A stretch of DNA of 64,000 nt from an uncultured Actinomycetota bacterium. Lineage in GTDB: Bacteria > Actinomycetota > Actinomycetes > Streptosporangiales > Streptosporangiaceae. This document shows, piece after piece, positions 15,669 through 24,402 of the stretch. The notes under the pieces were generated by a model. The model was not told where the DNA came from. It did no database searches and saw only the letters and a program-made list of their open reading frames with translations. The translations under genes and the position numbers were made by a program. The stretch spans positions 2,829,198 through 2,893,197 of the forward strand of contig CAWDVH010000001.1 of NCBI GenBank assembly GCA_963805705.1, read 5' to 3'. Positions within the stretch are counted from its first letter, which is position 1. Each line of letters starts with the position of its first letter.

Positions 15669-17600
15669 ATGGACGCGGAGGACCTGCTGCTCCGCGAGTT
15701 CCTCGGCATCCGGACCGCCGAGCAGACACAGGCCGCGGCTCGCTGGATCTCATCGCAGCGGCGGCCGGACGGCACCTGGGCGAACTCCCGTGGCGGGTCG
15801 GCCGATCTGTCCACCACCATCGAGGCGTACGTGGCGCTGCGGCTGGCCGGTGACTCGCCAGACGACGACCACATGGCCAGGACCGCCGGCTGGATCCGCG
15901 GCGCGGGCGGCATAGCCGCGGCCCGCGTCTTTACCCGCATCTGGCTTGCCCTGTTCGGCGAGTGGCCGTGGGAGGACCTGCCGGTCATGCCGCCGGAGAT
16001 GATCTATCTCCCGGCCTGGTTCCCGCTCAATGTCTATGACTGGGCGTGCTGGGCCAGGCAGACCATCGTCCCGCTGACTATCGTCGGTTCGCTGCGCCCG
16101 GTCCGGCCGCTGCCCTTCGGCCTGGATGAGCTGGCCCCCGCGGGGACTGCTCGCGGGCCGGCCAGCACGGGGCGGGCTGGCACGGGGCGGGCTGGCACGG
16201 GGCCCGACCGCTGGGCCGTGCTGTTCGGCGGGATCGACCGGGCCCTGCACGTCTATCAGCGCCATGGCCTGCGGGCGGCGCCGATGCGCGCTGTCCGGGC
16301 GGCGGCGCTGCGTCGCTGCGCGGAGTGGATAATCGCGCGGCAGGAGCAGGACGGCTGCTGGGGCGGCATCCAGCCGCCGTGGGTCTACTCGCTGATCGCG
16401 CTGCACCTGCTCGGCTACGGGCTTGATCATCCGGTAATCGCTCGCGGCCTGGCGGGACTCGACTCGTTCACGATCTGGGAACAGACGCCGCAGGGGCCGA
16501 TCCGGCGCCTTGAGGCATGCCAGTCGCCGGTCTGGGACACCGTCCTGGCCATGACGGCGCTGGCCGATGCGGGGCTGCCACCCGATCACCCCGCCCTGAC
16601 CGGCGCCGCCCGGTGGGTGCTGGGGGAGGAGATCCGCGGCCCTGGCGACTGGCAGGTGCGCCGGCCGCGGCTGGAGCCCGGCGGCTGGGCGTTCGAATTC
16701 GAGAACGACGGCTACCCCGATATCGACGACACCGCGGAGGTACTGCTCGCCCTGCGGCGGACCAAGCTCCCGGCCGGCCAGGGGCCAGCGCCCGCACAGT
16801 CCCGAGCGGCACAGTCCGGAGCAGCACCATCCGGAGCAGCACAATCCGGAGCGGCACAGTCCGCGGGTGCACAGCAGCGGGCCATCGACTGGCTCGTCGG
16901 CATGCAGTCCCGCGATGGCGGCTGGGGCGCATTCGACGCCGACAACACCCGCAGGCTTGTCACCAGGCTTCCGTTCTGCGACTTCGGCGAGGTCGTCGAC
17001 CCGCCATCGGCTGACGTCACCGCGCACACGATCGAGGCGCTCGCCGCGGCCGGCCTGGCGGGCAGCAAGGCAGTGCGCCGGGGAGTGGCCTGGCTGCTGC
17101 GGGCCCAGGAGAGTGACGGATCCTGGTTCGGCCGGTGGGGCGCCAACTATGTGTACGGCACCGGCGCCGTTGTCCCCGCACTGATCGCGGCCGGGGTCCG
17201 GCCCGGCAAGCCCTCGATCCGGCGCGCGATCGGCTGGCTGACGGCGCACCAGAACGACGATGGCGGCTGGGGCGAGGACATGCGGTCCTATGACGATCCT
17301 GGCTGGGCAGGCCGCGGCGAGTCGACGGCCTCGCAGACCGCCTGGGCCCTGCTGGCCCTGCTCGCGGCCGGCGGCAGCGCGGAAGGGACCGCGGAAGGGG
17401 CCGCAGAAGCGACCAGGGAAGCGGACAGCATCGAGCGCGGCATCCGCTGGCTGGCCGACACCCAGCGCCCGGACGGGACCTGGGATGAGCCGCAGTTCAC
17501 GGGCACCGGATTCCCTGGCGACTTCTATATCAACTACCACCTCTACCGGTTGGTGTTCCCGGTGAGCGCGCTCGGGCGGTACCTGGGTGGTGCGGGATGA
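15669..17600 (+). CDS. shc: Squalene-hopene cyclase (5' end uncertain; a conserved N-terminal extension lies upstream in frame without a start codon)
   Basis: QW motifs, DGGWG repeats and a DxDDTA catalytic motif (DIDDTAEVL). The frame stays open upstream to 15477 and encodes LARAALNRATGHLVGLQDEQGWWKGELETNVT, typical of the SHC N-terminus, but it contains no ATG/GTG/TTG. Confidence 0.85.
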   Translation: MDAEDLLLREFLGIRTAEQTQAAARWISSQRRPDGTWANSRGGSADLSTTIEAYVALRLAGDSPDDDHMARTAGWIRGAGGIAAARVFTRIWLALFGEWPWEDLPVMPPEMIYLPAWFPLNVYDWACWARQTIVPLTIVGSLRPVRPLPFGLDELAPAGTARGPASTGRAGTGRAGTGPDRWAVLFGGIDRALHVYQRHGLRAAPMRAVRAAALRRCAEWIIARQEQDGCWGGIQPPWVYSLIALHLLGYGLDHPVIARGLAGLDSFTIWEQTPQGPIRRLEACQSPVWDTVLAMTALADAGLPPDHPALTGAARWVLGEEIRGPGDWQVRRPRLEPGGWAFEFENDGYPDIDDTAEVLLALRRTKLPAGQGPAPAQSRAAQSGAAPSGAAQSGAAQSAGAQQRAIDWLVGMQSRDGGWGAFDADNTRRLVTRLPFCDFGEVVDPPSADVTAHTIEALAAAGLAGSKAVRRGVAWLLRAQESDGSWFGRWGANYVYGTGAVVPALIAAGVRPGKPSIRRAIGWLTAHQNDDGGWGEDMRSYDDPGWAGRGESTASQTAWALLALLAAGGSAEGTAEGAAEATREADSIERGIRWLADTQRPDGTWDEPQFTGTGFPGDFYINYHLYRLVFPVSALGRYLGGAG

Positions 17601-19144
17601 GCGGGCTGATTATCTGCTCCCCGCTGCGGATCGAGGCACGGGCCGTGCGGCGTGGCATCGGCGACGGCGGCGAGGTCCGGCGGACCGGCTACGGGGCAGC
17701 GAAGTCAGCTGCAGAGGCGGACCGGCTCGCGGCGTCCCCGTTTCGAATGCTGGCGATTGCCGGTACGGGCGGGGGCCTGTCCGGCGACCTCACGCCCGGC
17801 GATCTTGTCGTCGGCACAGAGGTCAGCGGCACCGGGGTCAGCGGCACCGGGGTCAGCGGCACCGGGGTCAGCGGGACTGGGGAGCCGGTCAGCTGCCCCT
17901 CGGCGCCGCTGCTCGCCGGGGAACTGCGCCGGGCCGGGCTGCGCGCGCACCAGGGGAAGATCGTCACCGTCAGCCATCTGGTCCGCGGCGCTGAGCGGGC
18001 TCGGCTCGCGCGCGGCGGCGCCCTGGCCGCTGACCTGGAATCATCGGTGCTGCTGGGCGGAGCGGCGGGGCGCCCCTCGGTGGTGCTCAGGGCGGTATCG
18101 GACACCCCGCAGCGGCCGCTGCTCAGCCCGCGGGCCCTGGCCGGAGGGGTCGCGGCGCTGCGGTCGCTGCGCGCGGCCGCGCCCGCGCTGGCCAGATGGG
18201 CGGCGGCCGGCGGCTGGCGGCGGCTGCTGCTGGCCGAGCCGCGATCGTTCTGCGCGGGCGTCGAGCGCGCGATCGAGATCGTCGAGCGATCACTGGAGCG
18301 AAACGGCTCGCCGGTCTACGTACGCAAGCAGATCGTGCACAACAGCCACGTCGTGGCCGGGCTCCAGCAGCGGGGCGCGGTCTTCGTGGACGAGCTGAGC
18401 GAGGTCCCGGACGGCTCCTGCGTGGTGTTCTCCGCGCACGGGGTATCCCCGCAGGTGCGGGCCGAGGCCGCCAGGCGGGGGCTGGATCCGATCGACGCGA
18501 CCTGCCCGCTGGTGGCTAAGGTGCACGTCGAGGCGCGCCGGTTCGCCGCGGAGGGCTACCTGGTCGCGCTGATCGGGCACGCCGGGCACGAAGAGGTAGA
18601 GGGCACCCTCGGCGAGGCGCCAGGCGCCATGGTCCTGCTCGAGAGCGCGGACGACGTCGCGAGGCTCCGGCCGGCCGATCCGGAGAAGGTCGCTTACCTG
18701 ATGCAGACCACGCTGTCGGCGCAGGAGGCGGGCGGCATCGTCGACGCGCTGCTCGAGCGGTTCCCCGCCGCCCGCGGCCCTGGCAGCGACGACATCTGCT
18801 ACGCGACAACCAACCGGCAGCTCGGGGTGCGGGCCGTGGCCGCCGAGTCTGACCTGGTGCTGGTGGCCGGGTCGGCCAACTCCTCCAACTCGCGGCGCCT
18901 GGTGGAGACCGCCGAGCGGGCCGGGACCCCCGCATACCTGATCGACAGCATCACTGACATCGAGCTCGGCTGGCTGGCCGGGGCGGCGACGATCGGGATC
19001 ACCGCGGGGGCCTCGGCGCCGCCCGCGATGGCCAGCGAGATCGTCGCGGCACTGTCGGGCCTCGGCCCGGTCGAGCTGAGCGAGCGCGTCGTCACGACCG
19101 AATCCGTAAAGTTCAGCCTTCCGAAAGGGGTACGGCCAGCATGA
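17597..19144 (+). CDS. ispH: Fusion protein: HpnG-like purine nucleoside phosphorylase/MTA nucleosidase domain plus IspH (4-hydroxy-3-methylbut-2-enyl diphosphate reductase, LytB)
   Basis: The N-terminal ~210 aa are PNP/MTAN-like (LRIEARAV...). The C-terminal ~300 aa carry IspH motifs (FCAGVERAIEIVE, VYVRKQIVHN, FSAHGVSP, TCPLVAKVH, GHAGHEEVEGT, ICYATTNRQ, GSANSSNS). It is one uninterrupted ORF, and there is no in-frame start near the junction. Confidence 0.8.
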   Translation: MSGLIICSPLRIEARAVRRGIGDGGEVRRTGYGAAKSAAEADRLAASPFRMLAIAGTGGGLSGDLTPGDLVVGTEVSGTGVSGTGVSGTGVSGTGEPVSCPSAPLLAGELRRAGLRAHQGKIVTVSHLVRGAERARLARGGALAADLESSVLLGGAAGRPSVVLRAVSDTPQRPLLSPRALAGGVAALRSLRAAAPALARWAAAGGWRRLLLAEPRSFCAGVERAIEIVERSLERNGSPVYVRKQIVHNSHVVAGLQQRGAVFVDELSEVPDGSCVVFSAHGVSPQVRAEAARRGLDPIDATCPLVAKVHVEARRFAAEGYLVALIGHAGHEEVEGTLGEAPGAMVLLESADDVARLRPADPEKVAYLMQTTLSAQEAGGIVDALLERFPAARGPGSDDICYATTNRQLGVRAVAAESDLVLVAGSANSSNSRRLVETAERAGTPAYLIDSITDIELGWLAGAATIGITAGASAPPAMASEIVAALSGLGPVELSERVVTTESVKFSLPKGVRPA

Positions 19145-20145
19145 CCATGCCGTTGCGCCAGAGCCTGCGTGTCGGGGCCTACCTGATGCGCCAGAGGCTG
19201 GCCCGCCGCGAGAAGTTCCCGCTGCTGGTGGAGCTCGAGCCGCTGTTCGCCTGCAACCTGGCCTGCGCGGGCTGCGGCAAGATCCAGCAGCCCGCCAGCC
19301 TCCTGAAACAGCGGATGCCGGTGGACCAGGCGCTGGCCGCGATCGAGGAGTGCGGTGCGCCGATGGTCTCCATCGCCGGGGGCGAGCCGCTCATGCACCC
19401 GCAGATCGACGTGCTCGTCGCCGAGCTGATCAAGCGGAAGAAGTACGTGTTCCTGTGCACCAACGCGCTGCTGATCCCGAAGAAACTGGACAAGTTCACC
19501 CCGTCGCGGTATTTCGCCTGGGCCGTGCACATCGACGGGCTCGCCGAGCGGCATGACGCGTCGGTCTGCAAGGATGGCGTGTTCGACGAGGCGGTCGCGG
19601 CGGTCAGGGAATGCCAGCGGCGCGGCTTCCGTGTCACCACCAACACGACTTTCTTCAACACCGATACCCCGCAGACCGTGATCGACGTGCTGAGCTACCT
19701 CAACGACGAGCTCAAGGTCGACGAGATGATGATCTCGCCGGCGTACGCCTACGAGAAGGCACCGGATCAGGAGCACTTCCTGGGCGTCGAGGAGACCAGG
19801 GAGCTGTTCCGCAAGGCGTTCGCCGACGGGAACCGGCAGCGCTGGCGGCTGAACCACTCGCCGCTGTTCCTGGACTTCCTGGAGGGCAAGAAGGACTTCA
19901 GCTGCACAGCCTGGGGCATCCCCTCGTACTCGCTGCTCGGCTGGCAGCGGCCGTGCTACCTGATGAGCGACGGCTACGCTCAGACCTACCGTGAGCTGAT
20001 CGACACTACCGACTGGTCGGCCTACGGCCGGGGTAAGGATCCGCGCTGCGCGAACTGTATGGCGCACTGCGGGTACGAGCCCTCCGCGGTCCTGGCTACG
20101 ATGGGGTCACTGCGGGAGTCGATCCGTGCGGTGCGCGGGTCTTGA
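19141..20145 (+). CDS. hpnH: Hopanoid biosynthesis radical SAM protein HpnH (adenosylhopane synthase)
   Basis: CNLACAGCGK radical-SAM Cys motif and the HpnH-characteristic N-terminus (MTMPLRQSLRVGAYLMRQRL). ATGA overlap with the upstream gene. Confidence 0.9.
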   Translation: MTMPLRQSLRVGAYLMRQRLARREKFPLLVELEPLFACNLACAGCGKIQQPASLLKQRMPVDQALAAIEECGAPMVSIAGGEPLMHPQIDVLVAELIKRKKYVFLCTNALLIPKKLDKFTPSRYFAWAVHIDGLAERHDASVCKDGVFDEAVAAVRECQRRGFRVTTNTTFFNTDTPQTVIDVLSYLNDELKVDEMMISPAYAYEKAPDQEHFLGVEETRELFRKAFADGNRQRWRLNHSPLFLDFLEGKKDFSCTAWGIPSYSLLGWQRPCYLMSDGYAQTYRELIDTTDWSAYGRGKDPRCANCMAHCGYEPSAVLATMGSLRESIRAVRGS

Positions 20146-20232
20146 CAGGAGGGCCTAGGTCAGGTTCCTGACCCGTCACGTGATACCGGCGTTCCGCCTG
20201 TCGCCTGCCGAGGTCCGGAGGACTGCTCAGCG

Positions 20233-21783
20233 ATGACGTCTCCTAACGGGCCGGCCGTCATCGGCCGGTCAGGCGCGGCCGCGAACGAAGCGATGGCGCC
20301 GCCGTCACCGGGCACGCCGCGCGAGTTCGAGGCTGGCCCGCTGTGGATGCGGGTCCTGCCGCCGCTGGCGATGCTGGGCGTCCTGCTGTGGGGTATCCAG
20401 GGACCGTCTTTCTGGCGGGACGAGTCGGCTACGCTCGCGGCCGTCCAGCGGCCGTTCGGCGACATGATCCGCATGCTGGGCCATGTCGATGCCGTCCACG
20501 GCAGCTACTACATGATCATGTGGGCGGTCGCCCGGCTGGCCGGCCCCGGCGAGCTGGCCATGCGGCTGCCGTCCGTCATCGCGCTGGTCATCGCCACGGT
20601 TGCCGTGACGGCGCTGGGCCGGCGGCTGGTCTCGCCAGCGGCCGGATTCGCGGCCGGGCTGCTGTTCGCCATCCTGCCCGAGGTCAGTTTCTACGGCCAG
20701 GACGCACGGTCGTACGCGATGGTCGCGGCCGTGGCGGCGATCGCCAGCTACCTGCTGGTCCGGGCCATGGACGCCGGGCCGCCGGGCCGCCCCCGCTGGC
20801 TCCTGGCCTACGCGGCCGCAATCCTGGCCCTGGGCATCCTCAATGTCTTCGCGCTGCTGCTGATTCCCGCGCACGCAGTGACGGTCGGGCTGCGCTGCCG
20901 TGCGGCCAGGAGCGACCGGCCCGCGCGGGTGCTGGCGCTGGGCTGGCTGGCTGCCGTAGCGGCCGCCACGGTGATCCTCAGCCCGCTGCTCCTGCTGGCG
21001 TGGCGGCAGCGCGGCCAGATCAGCTGGCTCAAGTCAAGCGTCAACGTGGGCGTCAGTAACGTCGAGAGGCTGATCGGGCCGCCGCGGATGTTCGTGGCCG
21101 TGGTCGTGGTGCTGGCCGCCGGGCTCCTGATCAGCGCCCTGGGCGGGCGGGAGAAGCTGCGCGCCGCATGGCCCTGGCGGCTGTCCGCGCTGTGCGTGCC
21201 CTGGGCGGTCCTGCCCGCCGCGATCCTGATGGGCATCTCCGTTTTCGACCCTATTTACACATTCCGCTACATTTTCTTCAGCGCTCCGGCCGCCGCCCTG
21301 ATCGGCGGGGCCGCGCTGGCCGCGCTGGGACGCGTCCTCGGCACGCTCGCGCTGGTGATCGTCGCGCTGCTCGCGTTCCACCCTCTGGTGGGGGATCGCC
21401 TGCCCGGCGGGCACTATGACAACATCCGGCAGGTGGACCGGATCGTGGCCGCGCATCTGCAGCCGGGGGACAATGTGTTCTATACCAACGTCAATGCCGA
21501 GAGCTTCGGGGCGGCCTACCCGTACGGGCTGGGCCGGCTGCGAGATATCGCGATCGGGCAGCCGGCCATTCCGTCCGGGACGCTGGCGGGCCGGAGCGTG
21601 CCCCGTGCGGTCCTGCGCGAGCGGCTCGCTCACGTGCGCAGGCTCTGGGTAGTGAACATCAACAACATCGCCCGCCCGCCGCACCTGCTGCGTGGCACGC
21701 CGTTGCGCAAGGTCCGCACCTGGCGAACCGCGGACATCACGCTGATCCTTTACACGGCCACGGACTCCGCCCGCCCGGCCTAG
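20233..21783 (+). CDS. GT-C-fold polytopic membrane glycosyltransferase-like protein (ArnT/PMT/GT39-like with an RDE motif)
   Basis: 516 aa with more than 10 TM helices and an early periplasmic-loop FWRDESAT motif, resembling ArnT/GT83/GT39-type lipid or protein glycosyltransferases. There is a soluble C-terminal domain. Confidence 0.55.
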   Translation: MTSPNGPAVIGRSGAAANEAMAPPSPGTPREFEAGPLWMRVLPPLAMLGVLLWGIQGPSFWRDESATLAAVQRPFGDMIRMLGHVDAVHGSYYMIMWAVARLAGPGELAMRLPSVIALVIATVAVTALGRRLVSPAAGFAAGLLFAILPEVSFYGQDARSYAMVAAVAAIASYLLVRAMDAGPPGRPRWLLAYAAAILALGILNVFALLLIPAHAVTVGLRCRAARSDRPARVLALGWLAAVAAATVILSPLLLLAWRQRGQISWLKSSVNVGVSNVERLIGPPRMFVAVVVVLAAGLLISALGGREKLRAAWPWRLSALCVPWAVLPAAILMGISVFDPIYTFRYIFFSAPAAALIGGAALAALGRVLGTLALVIVALLAFHPLVGDRLPGGHYDNIRQVDRIVAAHLQPGDNVFYTNVNAESFGAAYPYGLGRLRDIAIGQPAIPSGTLAGRSVPRAVLRERLAHVRRLWVVNINNIARPPHLLRGTPLRKVRTWRTADITLILYTATDSARPA

Positions 21784-21988
21784 CCGCGGTTCCGGCCGCG
21801 GCCACGCCCGGCCTAGCCGCAGGCCGCCGCGGTTCCGGCATCTTCGCAGAGTCCTTTCAGCGTTTCTCCAGAGTTGACGCTCAGTATCAGTACCGGCGCA
21901 GGTCCATGCGCCCCGGCGCTGATGACGCAGCCCCAACCTGGCCGGTGTCAACGCTCCTGGCTGAACCCAGGGTTCCAGAGGAGTTCTG

Positions 21989-23524
21989 ATGTTTTTTACC
22001 TACCTCCGGCGTGAGCTGCGCAGACGCATGCGCCAATCCACGCTCATCGCCCTGGGCCTGGCCGTGGGGATCGGCCTGGTGATCACCGTGACGGCCCTGT
22101 CGGCCGGGGTGAAGGATGCCCAGGGCACCGTGCTCCACTCGCTCTACGGGGTCGGCACCGACATAACGGTCACCAAGGCCCCGACCGCCGGCGCCGGCGG
22201 CCCGGCCAGGTTCGGGTTCCGCGGGGCGATCGGCTCCCGTACCCGCCCGGCGGCCGGCACCAAGATCGACATTGACACCCTGGCCAGTCGCGGGCTCGGG
22301 ACGCTCAGCACTGCATCGGTGACGTCGGTCTCGAAGGTCCAGGACGTCGCGGCGGCGGCCGGCGGCCTGACGCTCACCGACACGAAGATCACCGGGACCA
22401 TCCCGGCCATCAACGCGGGCGGTGGCGGTTTCGGCGGCGGCGGTGGCGGGGGCGGTGGCGGCGGGGGCGGCAGCTTCCGCGGGGCCTTCACTCCCACCTC
22501 GTTCGCCGTAGACGGCGTTGACCTGACCCAGGGCCACGGCGTGCTCGGCCCGCTGAGCTCGGGCAAGGTCGTCTCCGGCCGGACCTTCACCACGGCTGAC
22601 GCGACATCCAATGTCGCCCTCCTGAACTCCGGCTACGCCACGCAGAACAAGCTGAAGACCGGCTCGACAATCACCGTCGCCAAGACGGGCTTCACGGTTA
22701 TCGGGATCGTCAGCGAGCCAGCCGGCGCCAGTCCTTCAGACGTCTACATCCCGCTGCAGCGGGCGCAGGCCCTGGCCGGCATGAAGAACAGCGTGAACAC
22801 GATCTACGTCGCGGCCAGCAGCGCCTCGGACATCAGCACCGTCTCCCAGCGGATCTCCGCGCTCCTGCCCGCGGCCACCGTGACTAACTCCAGTGACCTG
22901 GCCCAGGAGGTCACCGGCTCGCTGGCCAGTACCTCCAGCCTGGCGAACAACCTCGGCAAGTGGCTCGCGATCGCGGTGCTGGCCGCGGCGTTCCTGCTCG
23001 CCAGCCTCCTGACCATGTCGGCCGTCTCCCGGCGGGTCCGCGAGTTCGGCACGCTCAAGGCTCTCGGCTGGCACAGCCGCCGGATCGTCGGCCAGGTCAT
23101 GGGCGAGTCCGTGGTGATAGGCATCGTCGGCGGCATCATAGGCGTCGGGCTCGGCCTGCTCGGCGCCAACCTGGTGTCCAGGCTCTCCCCGCCGCTGTCG
23201 GCGTCGATCGGCCAGACGACCGGCAGCGCCACCCCGGGAGGTGCGCGCGCCTTCGGTGGCGGCGGTGGCGGCTTCGGTGGCGGCGGTGGCGGCGGGTTCG
23301 GTGGTGGTGGTGGTGGCGGCGGCGGCGGCTTCGGCGGCGGTTTCCGGCGGTTCGCGGCCAACGAGAGCCACACGGTGGCCGTGCACCTCACCGCGCCGGT
23401 CACGCTGACCGCGATTGCCCTCGCGGTCGTCCTGGCGATCGCCGGCGGCCTGATCGCGGGCATGTTCGGCGGCTGGCGAGCCGCCCGGCTCCGCCCGGCG
23501 GCGGCCCTGGCCAGGGTGGAATGA
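21989..23524 (+). CDS. ABC transporter permease, FtsX/MacB family, with two poly-Gly/Phe insertions
   Basis: An N-terminal TM helix, a large extracytoplasmic domain and a C-terminal FtsX 4-TM region (LKALGW...). Two runs of G(10-20) interspersed with F occur at about aa 145-165 and 415-445. Confidence 0.8.
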   Translation: MFFTYLRRELRRRMRQSTLIALGLAVGIGLVITVTALSAGVKDAQGTVLHSLYGVGTDITVTKAPTAGAGGPARFGFRGAIGSRTRPAAGTKIDIDTLASRGLGTLSTASVTSVSKVQDVAAAAGGLTLTDTKITGTIPAINAGGGGFGGGGGGGGGGGGGSFRGAFTPTSFAVDGVDLTQGHGVLGPLSSGKVVSGRTFTTADATSNVALLNSGYATQNKLKTGSTITVAKTGFTVIGIVSEPAGASPSDVYIPLQRAQALAGMKNSVNTIYVAASSASDISTVSQRISALLPAATVTNSSDLAQEVTGSLASTSSLANNLGKWLAIAVLAAAFLLASLLTMSAVSRRVREFGTLKALGWHSRRIVGQVMGESVVIGIVGGIIGVGLGLLGANLVSRLSPPLSASIGQTTGSATPGGARAFGGGGGGFGGGGGGGFGGGGGGGGGGFGGGFRRFAANESHTVAVHLTAPVTLTAIALAVVLAIAGGLIAGMFGGWRAARLRPAAALARVE

Positions 23525-23579
23525 GCAGGCCAGGACCGGGCACGCTGGCCGATCCCGCGGATGAACTGGAGAGGAACCC

Positions 23580-24272
23580 ATGTACAAGCTGACCGGCGTG
23601 ACCAAGAACTATCAGAAGGGCCGTACCACCGTGGCCGCCCTTCAGGGGGTGGACCTGGTCATCGAGGATGGCGAATGGCTGGCCATCCAGGGTCCGACTG
23701 GGCATGGCAAGACCACGCTGCTGCAGATGCTCGGCGGCCTCGACCGGCCGACATCCGGGATTGTCGACTTCGACGGCCGGGACCTGGCCCAGCTGCGCGA
23801 AGGCCAGATCACCGACGTTCGCGCCGCCTCGATGGGGTTCATCTTCCAGACGTTCAACCTGGTCCCCACGCTGAACGCGCAGGAGAACGTGGAGACCGCC
23901 CTGGTCCCGCTGGGCGTCTCCACCGCCGAGCGCCGCTCACGGGCCGCCAGGGCTCTTGAGGATGTCGGGCTTGGCGACCGGCTCCGGCACCTGCCCTCTG
24001 AGCTGTCCGGCGGCCAGCAGCAGCGCGTGGCGATTGCCCGTGCGCTGGTGAAGGAGCCCAGGGTCCTGCTGGCCGACGAGCCGACCGGCAACCTCGATGA
24101 GGGCACCAGAGACGAGATCATCGCGCTGCTCGAGAAGCTCTGGCGGGAGCTAAAACTGACGCTGATCCTCGTGACGCACGACAGTTCCGTCGCCCGCCGG
24201 GCTCAGCGAGTCGGCATCATGCAGGGCGGCAAGCTCTCGATCAGGCAGGACACGCGGCACGCCTCGACGTGA
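23580..24272 (+). CDS. ABC transporter ATP-binding protein (MacB/LolD-type)
   Basis: Walker [10 protein letters not shown], signature [15 protein letters not shown] and Walker [12 protein letters not shown]. Confidence 0.9.
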   Translation: MYKLTGVTKNYQKGRTTVAALQGVDLVIEDGEWLAIQGPTGHGKTTLLQMLGGLDRPTSGIVDFDGRDLAQLREGQITDVRAASMGFIFQTFNLVPTLNAQENVETALVPLGVSTAERRSRAARALEDVGLGDRLRHLPSELSGGQQQRVAIARALVKEPRVLLADEPTGNLDEGTRDEIIALLEKLWRELKLTLILVTHDSSVARRAQRVGIMQGGKLSIRQDTRHAST

Positions 24273-24402
24273 CGAGCCTGGTGCATGCCCCCCGGACTGG
24301 TCACTAGCCGCTGCCTCGCAGCCCGGTCGCTGCGTGGCAGCGGCCTTCGGCCGTGCGGCGTGCCGCCCTACGTCCTGAGGTACGCGGCGTGAGCCGCGCG
24401 GC

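Noticed and set aside
15750-17540. 596-aa minus-strand ORF across shc
   Set aside because: A shadow ORF opposite the squalene-hopene cyclase, with no motifs.
18799-20067. 422-aa minus-strand ORF across ispH/hpnH
   Set aside because: Antisense to two strongly supported genes, with shadow-ORF composition.
21784-21840. Direct repeat ccgcggttccggc x2 after the glycosyltransferase gene, as a possible terminator or small RNA
   Set aside because: It is a short GC-rich direct repeat, not an inverted one, so no convincing hairpin or T-tract is present. It was left unannotated.
22144-23463. Poly-Pro ORFs (e.g. 22804..23463 minus) opposite the FtsX permease
   Set aside because: They are reverse-complement readings of the permease poly-Gly codons (GGC/GGT/GGG read as CCG/CCA/CCC).
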